A DNA stretch of 64,000 nt. Origin: Candidatus Magasanikiibacteriota bacterium (GTDB lineage Bacteria > Patescibacteriota > Patescibacteriia > Magasanikbacterales > GWA2-37-8). The notes beneath the pieces are model-generated. The model searched no databases and was not told where the DNA came from. It was given only the letters and a program-made list of their open reading frames with translations. Location of the stretch: positions 12,782 through 76,781 of the forward strand of contig JBAYGI010000003.1 of the NCBI GenBank assembly GCA_041666745.1, in the 5' to 3' direction. A program made the position numbers and the translations under genes. Positions 1 to 9,726 of the stretch are shown here, one piece after another; within the stretch, counting starts at the first letter, position 1, and the number at the start of each line of letters is the position of its first letter.

Positions 1-54
1 GCTGGTAAAAACAAGCGGCAATACTGCGTCCTCTAAAAAAGCTTTTATTCTCAT
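1..54 (-). CDS. 5' end of a hypothetical protein running off the window (MRIKAFLEDAVLPLVFTS...)
   Basis: ATG at 54 on the minus strand, open to position 1, divergent from dnaB. Only 18 codons are visible. Confidence 0.4.
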   Translation of the reverse strand, partial: MRIKAFLEDAVLPLVFTS

Positions 55-93
55 ATAACCAATATTATAGCAGAATGAGCGAAAAGAGCAAAA

Positions 94-124
94 GTATGCA
101 CACTTTAACCACACGATAGCCACA
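94..124 (+). promoter_or_regulatory. three DnaA-box-like 9-mers in tandem upstream of dnaB
   Basis: GTATGCACA (94), TTAACCACA (105), ATAGCCACA (116); 11-bp period, 1-2 mismatches to TTWTNCACA. Confidence 0.45.
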
Positions 125-180
125 AAACTGCTTGCCCAAAAAAAGGCTTTGATATAACATATACAAACCAACCAGATATT

Positions 181-1659
181 ATGAACACAGCCGAAGAATT
201 AAATCAGGTACCACCACAGAGTCTTGAAGCCGAGATGTCTCTTTTGGGGTCTCTACTTTTGGACAAAGACGCGATGTTGAAAATCGCTGATCTTATTCGT
301 TATGAGGATTTTTATAAAAATGCCCACGCGCGGATTTTTGAAACTATTACCGACCTTTATTCGCGCAATGAACCGGCGGACTTGTTGACTTTGAGTACTC
401 GTTTGGAAGAAAAGGGAGTTTTGGAAATGTGTGGCGGACGCACTTATTTGGCATCGTTGGTCAATGCGGTACCAACTGCCGCCAACGTCATCAACTACGC
501 GCAGATAGTTCACCGCAAAGCCGTACGTCGCCGACTACTTTTGGCTTCACATGAAATTTCTCGATTGGGCTATCAAGAAGAAAACGACATTGAAAAAATA
601 TTGGATGAAGCTCAACAAAGTTTGTTCGCAGTTTCTCAAATTCATTTTAAACAAACTTTTATTCCGATTCGCAATGTACTTTCGGATGCTTTTGAACGCA
701 TTGATGAGTTACACAAGCACAAAGGTCAGTTGCGTGGTTTGCCGACCGGTTTTACTCAGCTAGACAATTTATTGGCTGGTTTGCAAAAATCTGATTTGAT
801 CATTTTGGCCGCTCGCCCGAGTGTGGGTAAAACTTCTTTGGCTTTGGATATCATCCGTCATGTGGCTACCAAACAAAAATTACCGGTAGGGATGTTTTCT
901 TTGGAAATGGGTAAAGAACAACTGGTGGACAGAATGCTTTGTTCCGAAGCCGGTATAGATTTGTGGCGCATGCGTACCGGTCGATTATCCGATCGCCCTG
1001 AAGATGACGACTTTCCTCGTATCGGTCATGCGATTGGTGTGTTATCTGAAACACCGATATATATCGATGATTCCGGTAGTTTAAATATCTTACAGCTAAG
1101 AACCAAAGCTCGTCGTTTGCAAAATGAACATGGTTTGGGTTTGATTGTTATTGATTATTTACAGTTAATGGAATCAACTAGTGGCAAAACTGACAATCGT
1201 GTTCAAGAAGTTGCTGAAATAAGTCGTGGTTTAAAAGCTTTGGCGCGCGAACTAAATATTCCAATTTTAGCGCTATCCCAGTTGTCACGTACTGTAGAAC
1301 AAAGCAAACCGGCTATTCCAAAATTATCCCACTTGCGTGAATCCGGTTCTATCGAACAAGACGCGGATGTGGTATTATTTATCTATCGAAAAAGCGCTGA
1401 TCGCAATTATCGTCTTGAAGATATTTCACCGGACGAACGCAATATTGCCGAAATACATATAGCCAAACACAGAAACGGTCCGACCGGTTTGGTAAAAACT
1501 ACCTTCGTCGAACATCTGGCTTCGTTTAGAAATTTGGATACAACTTATTCTGCCCCCACCACCGCCAGTGCCCCACAAGCTCTAAAACCAAAATCCGCTT
1601 TCAATAAACCGGCTTCCGGCGGTACCGGTTTTAAACCACCCGAGCAACCTGAATTTTAA
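181..1659 (+). CDS. dnaB: replicative DNA helicase DnaB
   Basis: N-terminal PPQSLEAE, Walker A AARPSVGKT, FSLEM, IVIDYLQL, LSQLSR, LRESGSIEQDAD, KHRNGPTG motifs. Confidence 0.98.
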   Translation: MNTAEELNQVPPQSLEAEMSLLGSLLLDKDAMLKIADLIRYEDFYKNAHARIFETITDLYSRNEPADLLTLSTRLEEKGVLEMCGGRTYLASLVNAVPTAANVINYAQIVHRKAVRRRLLLASHEISRLGYQEENDIEKILDEAQQSLFAVSQIHFKQTFIPIRNVLSDAFERIDELHKHKGQLRGLPTGFTQLDNLLAGLQKSDLIILAARPSVGKTSLALDIIRHVATKQKLPVGMFSLEMGKEQLVDRMLCSEAGIDLWRMRTGRLSDRPEDDDFPRIGHAIGVLSETPIYIDDSGSLNILQLRTKARRLQNEHGLGLIVIDYLQLMESTSGKTDNRVQEVAEISRGLKALARELNIPILALSQLSRTVEQSKPAIPKLSHLRESGSIEQDADVVLFIYRKSADRNYRLEDISPDERNIAEIHIAKHRNGPTGLVKTTFVEHLASFRNLDTTYSAPTTASAPQALKPKSAFNKPASGGTGFKPPEQPEF

Positions 1660-1694
1660 TCATTTTTATTTATTAATTTTTATAAACAAAAAAT

Positions 1695-2000
1695 ATGTCA
1701 ATGTTTTCCAAACTCAAACAGTTCAAAGATTTGCGCGAACAAGGTAAAAAACTACAAGATTTAATTGGTGATGAAACTGTCACGGTGGATAAAGCCGGCA
1801 ATAAGGTAGTACTCACCATGAATGGCAACTTGGAGATAACCGGTTTGGCTATCGACAACAGCATGCTGTCTCCGGATAAAAAAACAGACTTAGAAAAAGC
1901 CATCAAAGAGGCTCACAGTGATGCACTCAAAAAAATGCAACGCACTATCGCTATGAAAATGCAACAATCCGGCGATTTTAATATCCCAGGTTTGAAATAA
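1695..2000 (+). CDS. YbaB/EbfC family nucleoid-associated protein
   Basis: 101 aa, V.LTMNGN.EI motif, directly upstream of recR (conserved synteny). Confidence 0.85.
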   Translation: MSMFSKLKQFKDLREQGKKLQDLIGDETVTVDKAGNKVVLTMNGNLEITGLAIDNSMLSPDKKTDLEKAIKEAHSDALKKMQRTIAMKMQQSGDFNIPGLK

Positions 2001-2002
2001 AA

Positions 2003-2605
2003 ATGTATTCACCAACCATAAACAAATTAATCGGTATCTTAAAAAAACTTCCATCAGTTGGACAACATACCGCTGAACGGTATGTTTTTCATTGGTTGAA
2101 ATCCGGAAAAATCGAAGTGAACGAACTTCGAAATGCTTTGGATGATTTATTAAAAAATACCAAAAGTTGTGAAATTTGTTGGAATTTTTCCGACTTTAAT
2201 CCTTGTGAAATTTGTATCAATAAAAACCGCGACCAAAATCAAATTTGCGTGGTGGACGAAGCTCAAGCCGTAGCCGCTTTGGAAAAAACCAACGCTTATA
2301 CTGGAACTTATCATGTCCTGCGTGGCACTATCGATGTTAGCGATGAAGCGGGATTGGAAAATTTAAAAATTCGCGCACTGTTGCAACGAGTTAAAAATAC
2401 CGAACATATTCAAGAAATAATCTTAGCTCTCAATCCGGATATGTCTGGTGAAACCACAATGTTATATTTGGAAAAACAAATAAAACAAATACAGCCTCAG
2501 ATAAAAATCACCAGATTGGCCAGAGGTTTGCCGATGGGATCGGACTTGCAATATAGCGACGAGATCACCTTGGGTAGCGCGCTGAAAAATCGACTTTCAA
2601 ATTAA
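2003..2605 (+). CDS. recR: recombination mediator RecR
   Basis: HhH LPSVG..TAER, C4 zinc finger CEIC..CEIC, Toprim domain, C-terminal TRLARGLPMG.DL.Y.D..TL..AL..R. Confidence 0.97.
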   Translation: MYSPTINKLIGILKKLPSVGQHTAERYVFHWLKSGKIEVNELRNALDDLLKNTKSCEICWNFSDFNPCEICINKNRDQNQICVVDEAQAVAALEKTNAYTGTYHVLRGTIDVSDEAGLENLKIRALLQRVKNTEHIQEIILALNPDMSGETTMLYLEKQIKQIQPQIKITRLARGLPMGSDLQYSDEITLGSALKNRLSN

Positions 2606-2617
2606 AAACTGATACAA

Positions 2618-2645
2618 AAAAACCATCGATAATTCGATGGTTTTT
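2618..2645. terminator. bidirectional intrinsic terminator between convergent recR and rplU
   Basis: AAAAACCATCGA-taat-TCGATGGTTTTT inverted repeat with A and T tails. Confidence 0.85.
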
Positions 2646-2658
2646 ATTTTTGGTTATT

Positions 2659-2979
2659 TTAGATAATTTCCACTTCAGTAAATCTTTGTCTTTGTCCGTG
2701 TACTTTGTGAAAACGTACTTTACTTTTGAATCGTTCCACACGCACTGTGCGATGCTTGCCTTGTTTTAATACTTTGGCATTGACCACCTCACCGGCTAAA
2801 TATGGTTTTCCGATTTCTATCTTACTGCCATCTTCTTCAGCTTTCAATAATACTTTATCAAAAGCGAAGTTGGTGTCGGCCAAAACATCGATACCGTTTA
2901 CTTTTAATTTTTCGAATTTGAATTTTTCACCGGCTTTAACAATATATTGTTTACCGCCAGTTGCAATTATAGAGATCAT
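2659..2979 (-). CDS. rplU: 50S ribosomal protein L21
   Basis: IIATGGKQY.V..G, IG.PY..G..V.A.V, GQRQ.FTEV motifs. Confidence 0.96.
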   Translation of the reverse strand: MISIIATGGKQYIVKAGEKFKFEKLKVNGIDVLADTNFAFDKVLLKAEEDGSKIEIGKPYLAGEVVNAKVLKQGKHRTVRVERFKSKVRFHKVHGQRQRFTEVEII

Positions 2980-3055
2980 AATTTGTTTGATATACCCGTT
3001 TTCTAGTCCATCGAAGTTGTCCTAGTTGGGCTTATTTTAGATATAAAACGTGTTA

Positions 3056-3083
3056 ATTATAACAAAAACAAAGAAAATGTCAA
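3056..3083 (-). promoter_or_regulatory. sigma70-type promoter for rplU
   Basis: Minus strand TTGACA-N16-TATAAT with a TGn extended -10. Confidence 0.7.
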
Positions 3084-3108
3084 GGGACCACAGGCTATTT
3101 TGCTGAAA

Positions 3109-3585
3109 CTACCTCAAAACCTCCAGTTTATCCCCTATTTTGTAATTAAACTTTTGGGCGTATCCAGCCGGCAATTCCAATACTCGGTCTGATTCATCCC
3201 TAGCTGGGTACAAAGTCAACTGCTCTTCAGTTCGACCCGGTTCAAGCGGTAAATTTGGCGCTATGTCCACTATCACACCTTTTTTAAACCAAACAATATC
3301 GATTGAAAAATTCATATCACGCATCACAAACACATGTTGCTTTACTTCCGGAAACACAAACAACATACCATCATACTTGCCCAGATCTTTAAATTTACCC
3401 AATCCATTTTGCCAATGTTTGATATTGTTGGCTACCAACACATTTAGAACTTGATTGTTTATTTTTATGGTCGCTTTTGGCCAATAAAAATTATAATATA
3501 ATTTTAAACCAATAGTAAAAATGATTATCAGCCCCAAAACACACAACTGCCATTTTTTAATTTCAGATTTTTTGTTCTCTGACAT
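3109..3585 (-). CDS. DUF192 domain protein with N-terminal membrane anchor
   Basis: GL....L....GMLFVF, MRDMNFSIDIVWF, VLELPAG motifs; start moved to ATG 3585 (MSENKK). Confidence 0.85.
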   Translation of the reverse strand: MSENKKSEIKKWQLCVLGLIIIFTIGLKLYYNFYWPKATIKINNQVLNVLVANNIKHWQNGLGKFKDLGKYDGMLFVFPEVKQHVFVMRDMNFSIDIVWFKKGVIVDIAPNLPLEPGRTEEQLTLYPARDESDRVLELPAGYAQKFNYKIGDKLEVLR

Positions 3586-4669
3586 ATTTTTGACGTTTTG
3601 AAACATAAATCTCTATCGCAATAATAGCCACCACCAAAAGTAATAAAGAAATAATTTTAAATATACTATTCATATATAATGCCGAAAAACCAAACAACGC
3701 CGAAAAACCATAAAAAATCAATACCGCCTGCCATTGTTTGAGACCGATATCCACCAATCTAAAATGCAGATGACGGCGATCACCTTTGGCAACCGACTGA
3801 CCGTGAAACATTCGAGAAATAATTACCCAAACCAAATCCACTATCGGAACAGCCATAACCAGTAGCGCGGTCGCAATTTTACTACCGGCCACAATCGCAA
3901 GCACACCAATCATCAAACCCAAAAATTGACCACCACCTTCACCCAAAAATATTTTGGCCGGATAAAAATTTAATACCAAAAATCCTAGACAGGTCATAGC
4001 CAAAATTATCGCGATCATAGCTACATCCAATTGGTGGAATTTGGTGGCCCCACCAGCCAACGCGGCTATCGAGAATGCGCCAATCGCGACCACACCAGTC
4101 GACAAACCATCCAATCCATCCAATATTTTTACGGTATACATCATGCCCATCAACCACAAAAAAGCCAAAATATCCACTCCCACCAAAATAGTACCGAAAT
4201 ATTGAGTATGTATCTTCCAAAAATCCAAACCGATTGTTCCACCAAAGGGATTGGTGATGCCATCAAAATTTAATCCACCAGCCAATACCAACAACACCGC
4301 CACCACCGAAGCCAACAATCGCCACTGGTATTTCAAACGCACCGCATCATCAACATATCCGACAATCATCAAAATTAACCCGGCAAAAAAAATTAACCAC
4401 AATTGAGTTAATTTTAAATGGGTAAAATTATTTATTAAATTACAATACAAAACCATCATCAACCAAAAACTTACAAAAATTCCCAAACCACCAAGCAGTG
4501 GAATGGGATTTTGATGAAGCTTGCGATCTTTGTCCGGATAATCAAAAATTTTTAATTTGATCGCTAGTTTTTTAACTAAAAAAGTAACAAAAACCGACAA
4601 CCCAAACGGTAAAATAAAAACCAAAAATATAATATACAGCTGTGTCGGTAGCCAACTTGCACTTATCAT
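3563..4669 (-). CDS. polyprenyl-phosphate HexNAc-1-phosphate transferase (WecA/TagO, MraY/Glycos_transf_4 family)
   Basis: DRKLHQNPIPLLGG, GYVDD, LDGLDGL, NFYPAKIFLGEGG, GDRRHLHFRL; about 11 TM helices. Confidence 0.9.
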   Translation of the reverse strand: MISASWLPTQLYIIFLVFILPFGLSVFVTFLVKKLAIKLKIFDYPDKDRKLHQNPIPLLGGLGIFVSFWLMMVLYCNLINNFTHLKLTQLWLIFFAGLILMIVGYVDDAVRLKYQWRLLASVVAVLLVLAGGLNFDGITNPFGGTIGLDFWKIHTQYFGTILVGVDILAFLWLMGMMYTVKILDGLDGLSTGVVAIGAFSIAALAGGATKFHQLDVAMIAIILAMTCLGFLVLNFYPAKIFLGEGGGQFLGLMIGVLAIVAGSKIATALLVMAVPIVDLVWVIISRMFHGQSVAKGDRRHLHFRLVDIGLKQWQAVLIFYGFSALFGFSALYMNSIFKIISLLLLVVAIIAIEIYVSKRQKYVREQKI

Positions 4670-7434
4670 ACAACTTTAATTTCTCCCCCTTGACCTATTA
4701 CCACCGTATCTCTACGTTTCAGCTTACCAGATAACAACAACTCCGCCAACTGATTTTCTACTTTTTCTTGTAAAGCGCGACGCATCGGGCGGGCGCCAAA
4801 CTCCGGATCAAAGCCAACATCAGCCAAAAACTCCATCGCCGCCGGCTCTATTTTTAATTCAATACCCTTGGCTTCCAAATCTTTGGAAACACGCTTCAAC
4901 ATCAAGCCGGCAATCTTGATAATATCCTCGCGGTTCAAAGCTTTGAACAACACAATACCATCAAAACGATTTAAAAATTCAGGACGGAAATATTCTTTTA
5001 GTTCGCCGTGCAACAATTTTTCTTTGATAACATCCGATGAAACATTGGCGCGTAATTGCTCTTGAACATAAGACGTGCCGGCGTTGGAAGTGGCAATCAA
5101 AATAACATTGGTAAAATCTACCACCCGACCAACGCTATCAGACAAACGACCGTCATCCATCACCTGTAAAAATAAATTTAAAATATCTTTGTCGGCTTTT
5201 TCCATTTCATCAAGTAACAACAAAGAAAATGGATTGCGACGAATAGCTTCTGTCAACATTCCACTACCCTTTTCACCAGCCGTACCGATCAAACGAGAAA
5301 TACTGCTTTTATCTTGGTATTCACTCATATCCAAACGCACCATACGCTCTTCACCACCAAAATATACCTCCGCGATAGTCTTGGCTAATTCGGTTTTACC
5401 AACACCGGTCGGACCCAAAAACAAAAAGTTGGCAATCGGGCGCTTGGAGGATCGAATCTCCGCTCGCGCGCGACGCAGAGCATTGGCCACCAAATCTACC
5501 GCTTCGACTTGACCGATCACTCGCTTGTGCATTTCTTCTTCGAGGTGCATCAATTTGGTACTCTCATCAGCTGAAACAGTTGTGACCGGTACACCGGTTT
5601 TTTGCGCCACTACCGCGCCCACTTCTTCACCGGTAACAAAACTATTGATACCTTTTTTACTACGAGAAAAAGAAGCCGCTTCCGTCATCAGCTCTTGCGC
5701 GCTACCTGGTAAATATGACTCATGCAAAAATCGTGCCGCCAACTGAACCGACTTGGCTACCGCGTCATAAGAAAAAAATACATTTTGTTTATACTCGACT
5801 GTCCCCACTTTGGATTCCAAAACTTGAATTGCCTGATTTTCGTCCATTTCTTTTATTTCCACTTTGGCAAATAAATTTCCAAGTGGCGAACTGACAATAT
5901 GACGAGAATATTCATCCGGAGTAGTTGTGGCAAAAGTCAAAAACCGTCCACTACCAAGATATTCATTGAGAGTGCCGGCTACATCCAAACTTCCTGTTTC
6001 TCCACCAGCTGACACACCGGTTAATTCATGAATATTGTTGATAAATAAAATAACATTACCGGACCGACCAACATCTTGCATAATACCGATCAAACGCTCC
6101 ACCGCCCCAGCCGGAGTAGTCCCTGCCAATAATTTCGGCACACTCAAACGCACCAAACGTTTGTCTCGCAAACGAACCGGCACATCATCTTCTACCATTT
6201 TTTGCGCCAAACCTTCGATGATGCTGGTTTTTCCTACACCATTATCTCCAACTAAAATAACATTTTGTCCGCCCCCTTCTACAATTCTAAAAACTTCTTC
6301 GATTTCTTTTTCACGCGCGATACAACTATCCAGATGACCAAACTGCGCCGAGATTGTCAGGTCGTCACTAAAATTATTTAAAAACGGAGTCTGTACCGCT
6401 GTCATCGCTTTGTCCATACCGATTTTTGAACGTCCAACGGCGGCTTTGCGAAATTTCATATATTGACGATACAATCTCTCTCGTATTCTCGCCCACTCCA
6501 CCACGTTTAATAATTTTTGTTTGTCAACCGCTAAATCAAATAAAATTTCTTGTAATTTTTCTGACTGTTTAATAGTAGACAACAACAATTCAGTAACACT
6601 AACATATTCTTGATGGGCGCTATACGCTTCTTCGTAGGCATTGAATAATACTTGCTGAAATTCAGGTGAAATCAATGGCATTGTAAATTTATCACGTTTC
6701 TTGTCAAAAGATGGCTCAGCCCCCAAAACATTGGCCAAAGTTTTTTGCAATGAACTGGCCGGCAGAGCTAAACGAGTAAAAATATTGGAAATGCGATTGG
6801 AAGAAAGCAATGCATAAAAAAGGTGTTCAGGCGTAGCACTACCATGACCACTTTTATCTGCCACAAAATAAGCCTCGCCCAAAACCGACAACGCCTCATC
6901 GGTAAAAGTATCAGAAATATTTATTTTTTTCTTTGATTTTATTTTTTTGGCCTGTTGCCAATCCACTACATCGATTTTTTCTTCAGCACTTTCTTTATTT
7001 CCATACTGATTGTAATGATAACGTTCGACATTGTCTTTTTTGATTCTTTCGACTATCGCCCGATACCACAAATACAACAGGATTACCGCCCCAACACAAA
7101 ACAAAACACCTTCTGTGTCTTTTAAATTGTTTATCAACAAAGCGGGGTTAAAAACAATTCCTTTGCGTAAAGTAAAATAAATCCCCCACCCCCAAGCATT
7201 GAGCCATAAAAGTATGAGGGTAAAAAAACGAACTTTATTAAAAATACGATGTGCTTTGGCCAAATTCAAATGGTAACGAGTAAGTGGATAAAACCAAAAC
7301 AACCAATGCCCACGCACAAAATGACCGGCAGACATACCGCGACATTCTTTACATTTGGAAAAACCAACAAAACCGGTCGCTTTACAAACCGGACAAGATA
7401 ACAGAGATACGGATTCGGATTTCTCAAATAACAT
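4666..7434 (-). CDS. membrane-anchored ClpA/ClpC-type AAA+ ATPase with N-terminal zinc ribbon
   Basis: CPVCKATG..CKECRG, two hydrophobic helices, Clp N domain, NBD1 GDNGVGKT, NBD2 FLFLGPTGVGKTE, LLLDEMEKA, FRPEFLNRFD, GARPMRR. Start moved to ATG 7434. Confidence 0.9.
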   Translation of the reverse strand: MLFEKSESVSLLSCPVCKATGFVGFSKCKECRGMSAGHFVRGHWLFWFYPLTRYHLNLAKAHRIFNKVRFFTLILLWLNAWGWGIYFTLRKGIVFNPALLINNLKDTEGVLFCVGAVILLYLWYRAIVERIKKDNVERYHYNQYGNKESAEEKIDVVDWQQAKKIKSKKKINISDTFTDEALSVLGEAYFVADKSGHGSATPEHLFYALLSSNRISNIFTRLALPASSLQKTLANVLGAEPSFDKKRDKFTMPLISPEFQQVLFNAYEEAYSAHQEYVSVTELLLSTIKQSEKLQEILFDLAVDKQKLLNVVEWARIRERLYRQYMKFRKAAVGRSKIGMDKAMTAVQTPFLNNFSDDLTISAQFGHLDSCIAREKEIEEVFRIVEGGGQNVILVGDNGVGKTSIIEGLAQKMVEDDVPVRLRDKRLVRLSVPKLLAGTTPAGAVERLIGIMQDVGRSGNVILFINNIHELTGVSAGGETGSLDVAGTLNEYLGSGRFLTFATTTPDEYSRHIVSSPLGNLFAKVEIKEMDENQAIQVLESKVGTVEYKQNVFFSYDAVAKSVQLAARFLHESYLPGSAQELMTEAASFSRSKKGINSFVTGEEVGAVVAQKTGVPVTTVSADESTKLMHLEEEMHKRVIGQVEAVDLVANALRRARAEIRSSKRPIANFLFLGPTGVGKTELAKTIAEVYFGGEERMVRLDMSEYQDKSSISRLIGTAGEKGSGMLTEAIRRNPFSLLLLDEMEKADKDILNLFLQVMDDGRLSDSVGRVVDFTNVILIATSNAGTSYVQEQLRANVSSDVIKEKLLHGELKEYFRPEFLNRFDGIVLFKALNREDIIKIAGLMLKRVSKDLEAKGIELKIEPAAMEFLADVGFDPEFGARPMRRALQEKVENQLAELLLSGKLKRRDTVVIGQGGEIKVV

Positions 7435-7435
7435 A

Positions 7436-7792
7436 CTATTTTGAAAACGACATAATAAAACCACCCACCACTATAATTGGCAACAATAACCAAACAATAA
7501 ATAACACCACACACACCACCAGCCAAATCAACAATCCGATGGATCGCGCGCAAAACTGCACAAATCGCATCAAAACACTGATGATTCGTCCTTGCCAATC
7601 ATATTGTCCATACATCGGTACAAATAAATTTTTCAACCACAACCCGGGGGATAAATTTTGATTGCCTTCCAAAAAGAAAGTAGTGCACCATTTTAGAGAA
7701 TGCAAAACTCCGCCGGTATACCACCAAAGCGGAAAATAAAAGATATCCACGATCGCATCAAATAAAATACGTTGAAAAACCAATAACCACAT
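7436..7792 (-). CDS. small membrane protein coupled to the Clp ATPase
   Basis: 118 aa, FYFPLWWY and LFVPMYGQYDWQGR motifs, C-terminal TM segment; stop 1 nt before the Clp ATG. Confidence 0.75.
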   Translation of the reverse strand: MWLLVFQRILFDAIVDIFYFPLWWYTGGVLHSLKWCTTFFLEGNQNLSPGLWLKNLFVPMYGQYDWQGRIISVLMRFVQFCARSIGLLIWLVVCVVLFIVWLLLPIIVVGGFIMSFSK

Positions 7793-7837
7793 AAATATTT
7801 TATATGAGATTATTATACCACAAAATATTAAAAATAA

Positions 7838-7861
7838 AAAATCCACCTATCGGCGGATTTT
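7838..7861. terminator. probable terminator downstream of the mraZ-rsmH-ftsL operon
   Basis: AAAATCCACC-tatc-GGCGGATTTT hairpin with a T-run on the minus strand. Confidence 0.6.
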
Positions 7862-7876
7862 AAACTATACAGAAAA

Positions 7877-8239
7877 CTATTTTGCCATGGCCACTGCCCC
7901 ATTGGTAGGATTGTAACGTTGAAAATCTTCAACGGCCACCAAATTCATACCTTGTAAACGTTTTTCAATATTATTCATTGAACCGGCATCAGCGATTTTG
8001 ATCTGCAAACCCTGCAAATCCGCGTTCATTTCACTAATCTGGTTTTCCAATGCATGAGCTTCATAACCACAAGTAGCCGCTGAATTTACTCGAACCATAT
8101 AGGCCACCGACATGATTACCACCACTCCTAGCAAACTAGCACGCATGGCTTTGCCACTAACCCACTCCGGCACAGTAATAGTACACAAGGCAGAAATAAA
8201 ATTGTGATAGTGGGCCTGAAATTGACGTTTATATGACAT
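7877..8239 (-). CDS. FtsL-like cell division protein
   Basis: Follows mraZ-rsmH; one TM helix then a coiled coil (GYEAHALENQISEMN...IEKRLQGMNL). Start moved to ATG 8239. Confidence 0.65.
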   Translation of the reverse strand: MSYKRQFQAHYHNFISALCTITVPEWVSGKAMRASLLGVVVIMSVAYMVRVNSAATCGYEAHALENQISEMNADLQGLQIKIADAGSMNNIEKRLQGMNLVAVEDFQRYNPTNGAVAMAK

Positions 8240-8246
8240 ATAAAAT

Positions 8247-9152
8247 TTAAAGTTTTTCAATTATTCTTAATTTGGCACTACGACTGCTAGGATTGTTTTC
8301 GACTTCTTCCTCGCTAGCTATAATGGGTTTTTTGTTAATAATTTTTAATGTTTTATTTTGATTTTTTACAAAAAATTGTTTTACTATTCTATCTTCCAAA
8401 GAATGAAAGGTGATCACTGCCAAACGTCCGCCAACAGATAAACTTTCGATTGCTTGCGGTAAAACCTGTCGTATCACTTCCAATTCTGAATTGACCGCGA
8501 TGCGTAACGCTTGAAACACTTTGGTCGCCGGATGAATACCACCAACCCAAGGAATTTCTTTTTCAGTTTTTAATTTACGACGATAAACTCCCAAAATAAT
8601 TTCTACCAATGGCGCGGTATGTTCAATTTTATTTACCGCTCGTGATCCAACAATTTCTTTGGCAATTTCTCGACTTAATTTTTCCTCCCCATAAAAACGC
8701 AATATTTTTTCTAATTCGGCTTCACTGTATTGGTTGATAACATCCGCCGCACTCTCACCCGACACACCGTTGTAGCGCATATCTAGCGGTTCATCGCCTT
8801 CAAAACTGAATCCCCGACTACGTTCTTTGAACTGTGGTGTTGACCATCCCAAATCTATCAAAATTGCATCGGCATTTTCAAAATTATTTGCTTTGATTAT
8901 TTCTTTTAAATTTACAAAGTTGTCTCGAACAAAAATTACCTGACTACCAAAATTATATAAATTTCTTTTGGCTCTAAATAGTGATTCCGGATCAGCATCA
9001 ATGCCCAGTAATTTTCCTTTTGGACCGATTTTTTCCAAAATCACTTCGCTGTGCCCTGCATCACCCAAAGTACAATCGATCACTTTCGCGCCTGCTTTTA
9101 GTTGTAAAGAATCCACTACCTCCCTTAACAAAACCGGTACATGCCTAGACAT
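8247..9152 (-). CDS. rsmH: 16S rRNA m4C1402 methyltransferase RsmH
   Basis: HVPVLL.EV, DCTLGDAGHS, RGFSF...PLDMR, HPATKVFQALRIAVN.EL, ITFHSLEDRIVK, NP.SRSAKLR. Confidence 0.98.
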   Translation of the reverse strand: MSRHVPVLLREVVDSLQLKAGAKVIDCTLGDAGHSEVILEKIGPKGKLLGIDADPESLFRAKRNLYNFGSQVIFVRDNFVNLKEIIKANNFENADAILIDLGWSTPQFKERSRGFSFEGDEPLDMRYNGVSGESAADVINQYSEAELEKILRFYGEEKLSREIAKEIVGSRAVNKIEHTAPLVEIILGVYRRKLKTEKEIPWVGGIHPATKVFQALRIAVNSELEVIRQVLPQAIESLSVGGRLAVITFHSLEDRIVKQFFVKNQNKTLKIINKKPIIASEEEVENNPSSRSAKLRIIEKL

Positions 9153-9169
9153 ATTATTTTTTTAATTTC

Positions 9170-9601
9170 TTAAACTCCCAGCTCGGCCATCTTTTCAGCG
9201 ATTTCATTACTGTTGGTTTCAGTGGTTGTCTTGTAAGCTTTCCATTTGGCTTCATCCCAAATTTCCGCGCGATTATACAAACCAGCCAAAACAACATTTT
9301 TCTTTAAACCGGCAAACTCTCGTAAATATTCCGGTAAAACTACGCGTCCTTGCTTGTCGATTTCCACTTCCATCGCACCAGCCAACATCAAACGAGAAAA
9401 AGCACGACTGTTGGATTGACTAAACGGTAGAGTGGCCAATTTTTCGGCCAATTTTTCCCATTCGGTTTTGGTGTAGAGGAATAAACAGTTGTCTAATCCG
9501 CGTGTGACTACCGCACCCTTGGACAAATCACGACGAAACTTGACTGGAATAGCCAAACGTCCCTTATCGTCTAAGTTGTGCGCGTATTCACCGATAAACA
9601 T
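9170..9601 (-). CDS. mraZ: division/cell wall cluster transcriptional repressor MraZ
   Basis: MFIGEY.H.LDDKGRL.IP and second DKQGRV.LP repeat; start at ATG 9601. Confidence 0.98.
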   Translation of the reverse strand: MFIGEYAHNLDDKGRLAIPVKFRRDLSKGAVVTRGLDNCLFLYTKTEWEKLAEKLATLPFSQSNSRAFSRLMLAGAMEVEIDKQGRVVLPEYLREFAGLKKNVVLAGLYNRAEIWDEAKWKAYKTTTETNSNEIAEKMAELGV

Positions 9602-9615
9602 AATTTGTAAATTCA

Positions 9616-9680
9616 CCACTTTCCTCCACTACATTCCATTTTATACCACTTTGAAACATTGGTCAACACTTTATACCATT
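9616..9680 (-). promoter_or_regulatory. MraZ-binding direct-repeat array
   Basis: Top-strand pentamers CCACT, CCACT, CCATT, CCACT, ACATT, ACACT, CCATT at 9616, 9626 ... 9676 (exact 10-bp period), i.e. A(G/A)TG(G/T)-N5 on the mraZ strand. Confidence 0.85.
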
Positions 9681-9726
9681 TTAATCTTGGCTAAGACACA
9701 ACAAAAAAACCACATAAAAAAATATG

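Noticed and set aside
2980-3055. rplU 5' leader as an L21-leader RNA
   Set aside because: Only short CCC/GGG and CTAG/CTAG pairings are visible; it cannot be supported without an Rfam search.
4868-6337. Antisense ORFs within the Clp ATPase gene
   Set aside because: Typical antisense shadows of a conserved gene, with no independent signals.
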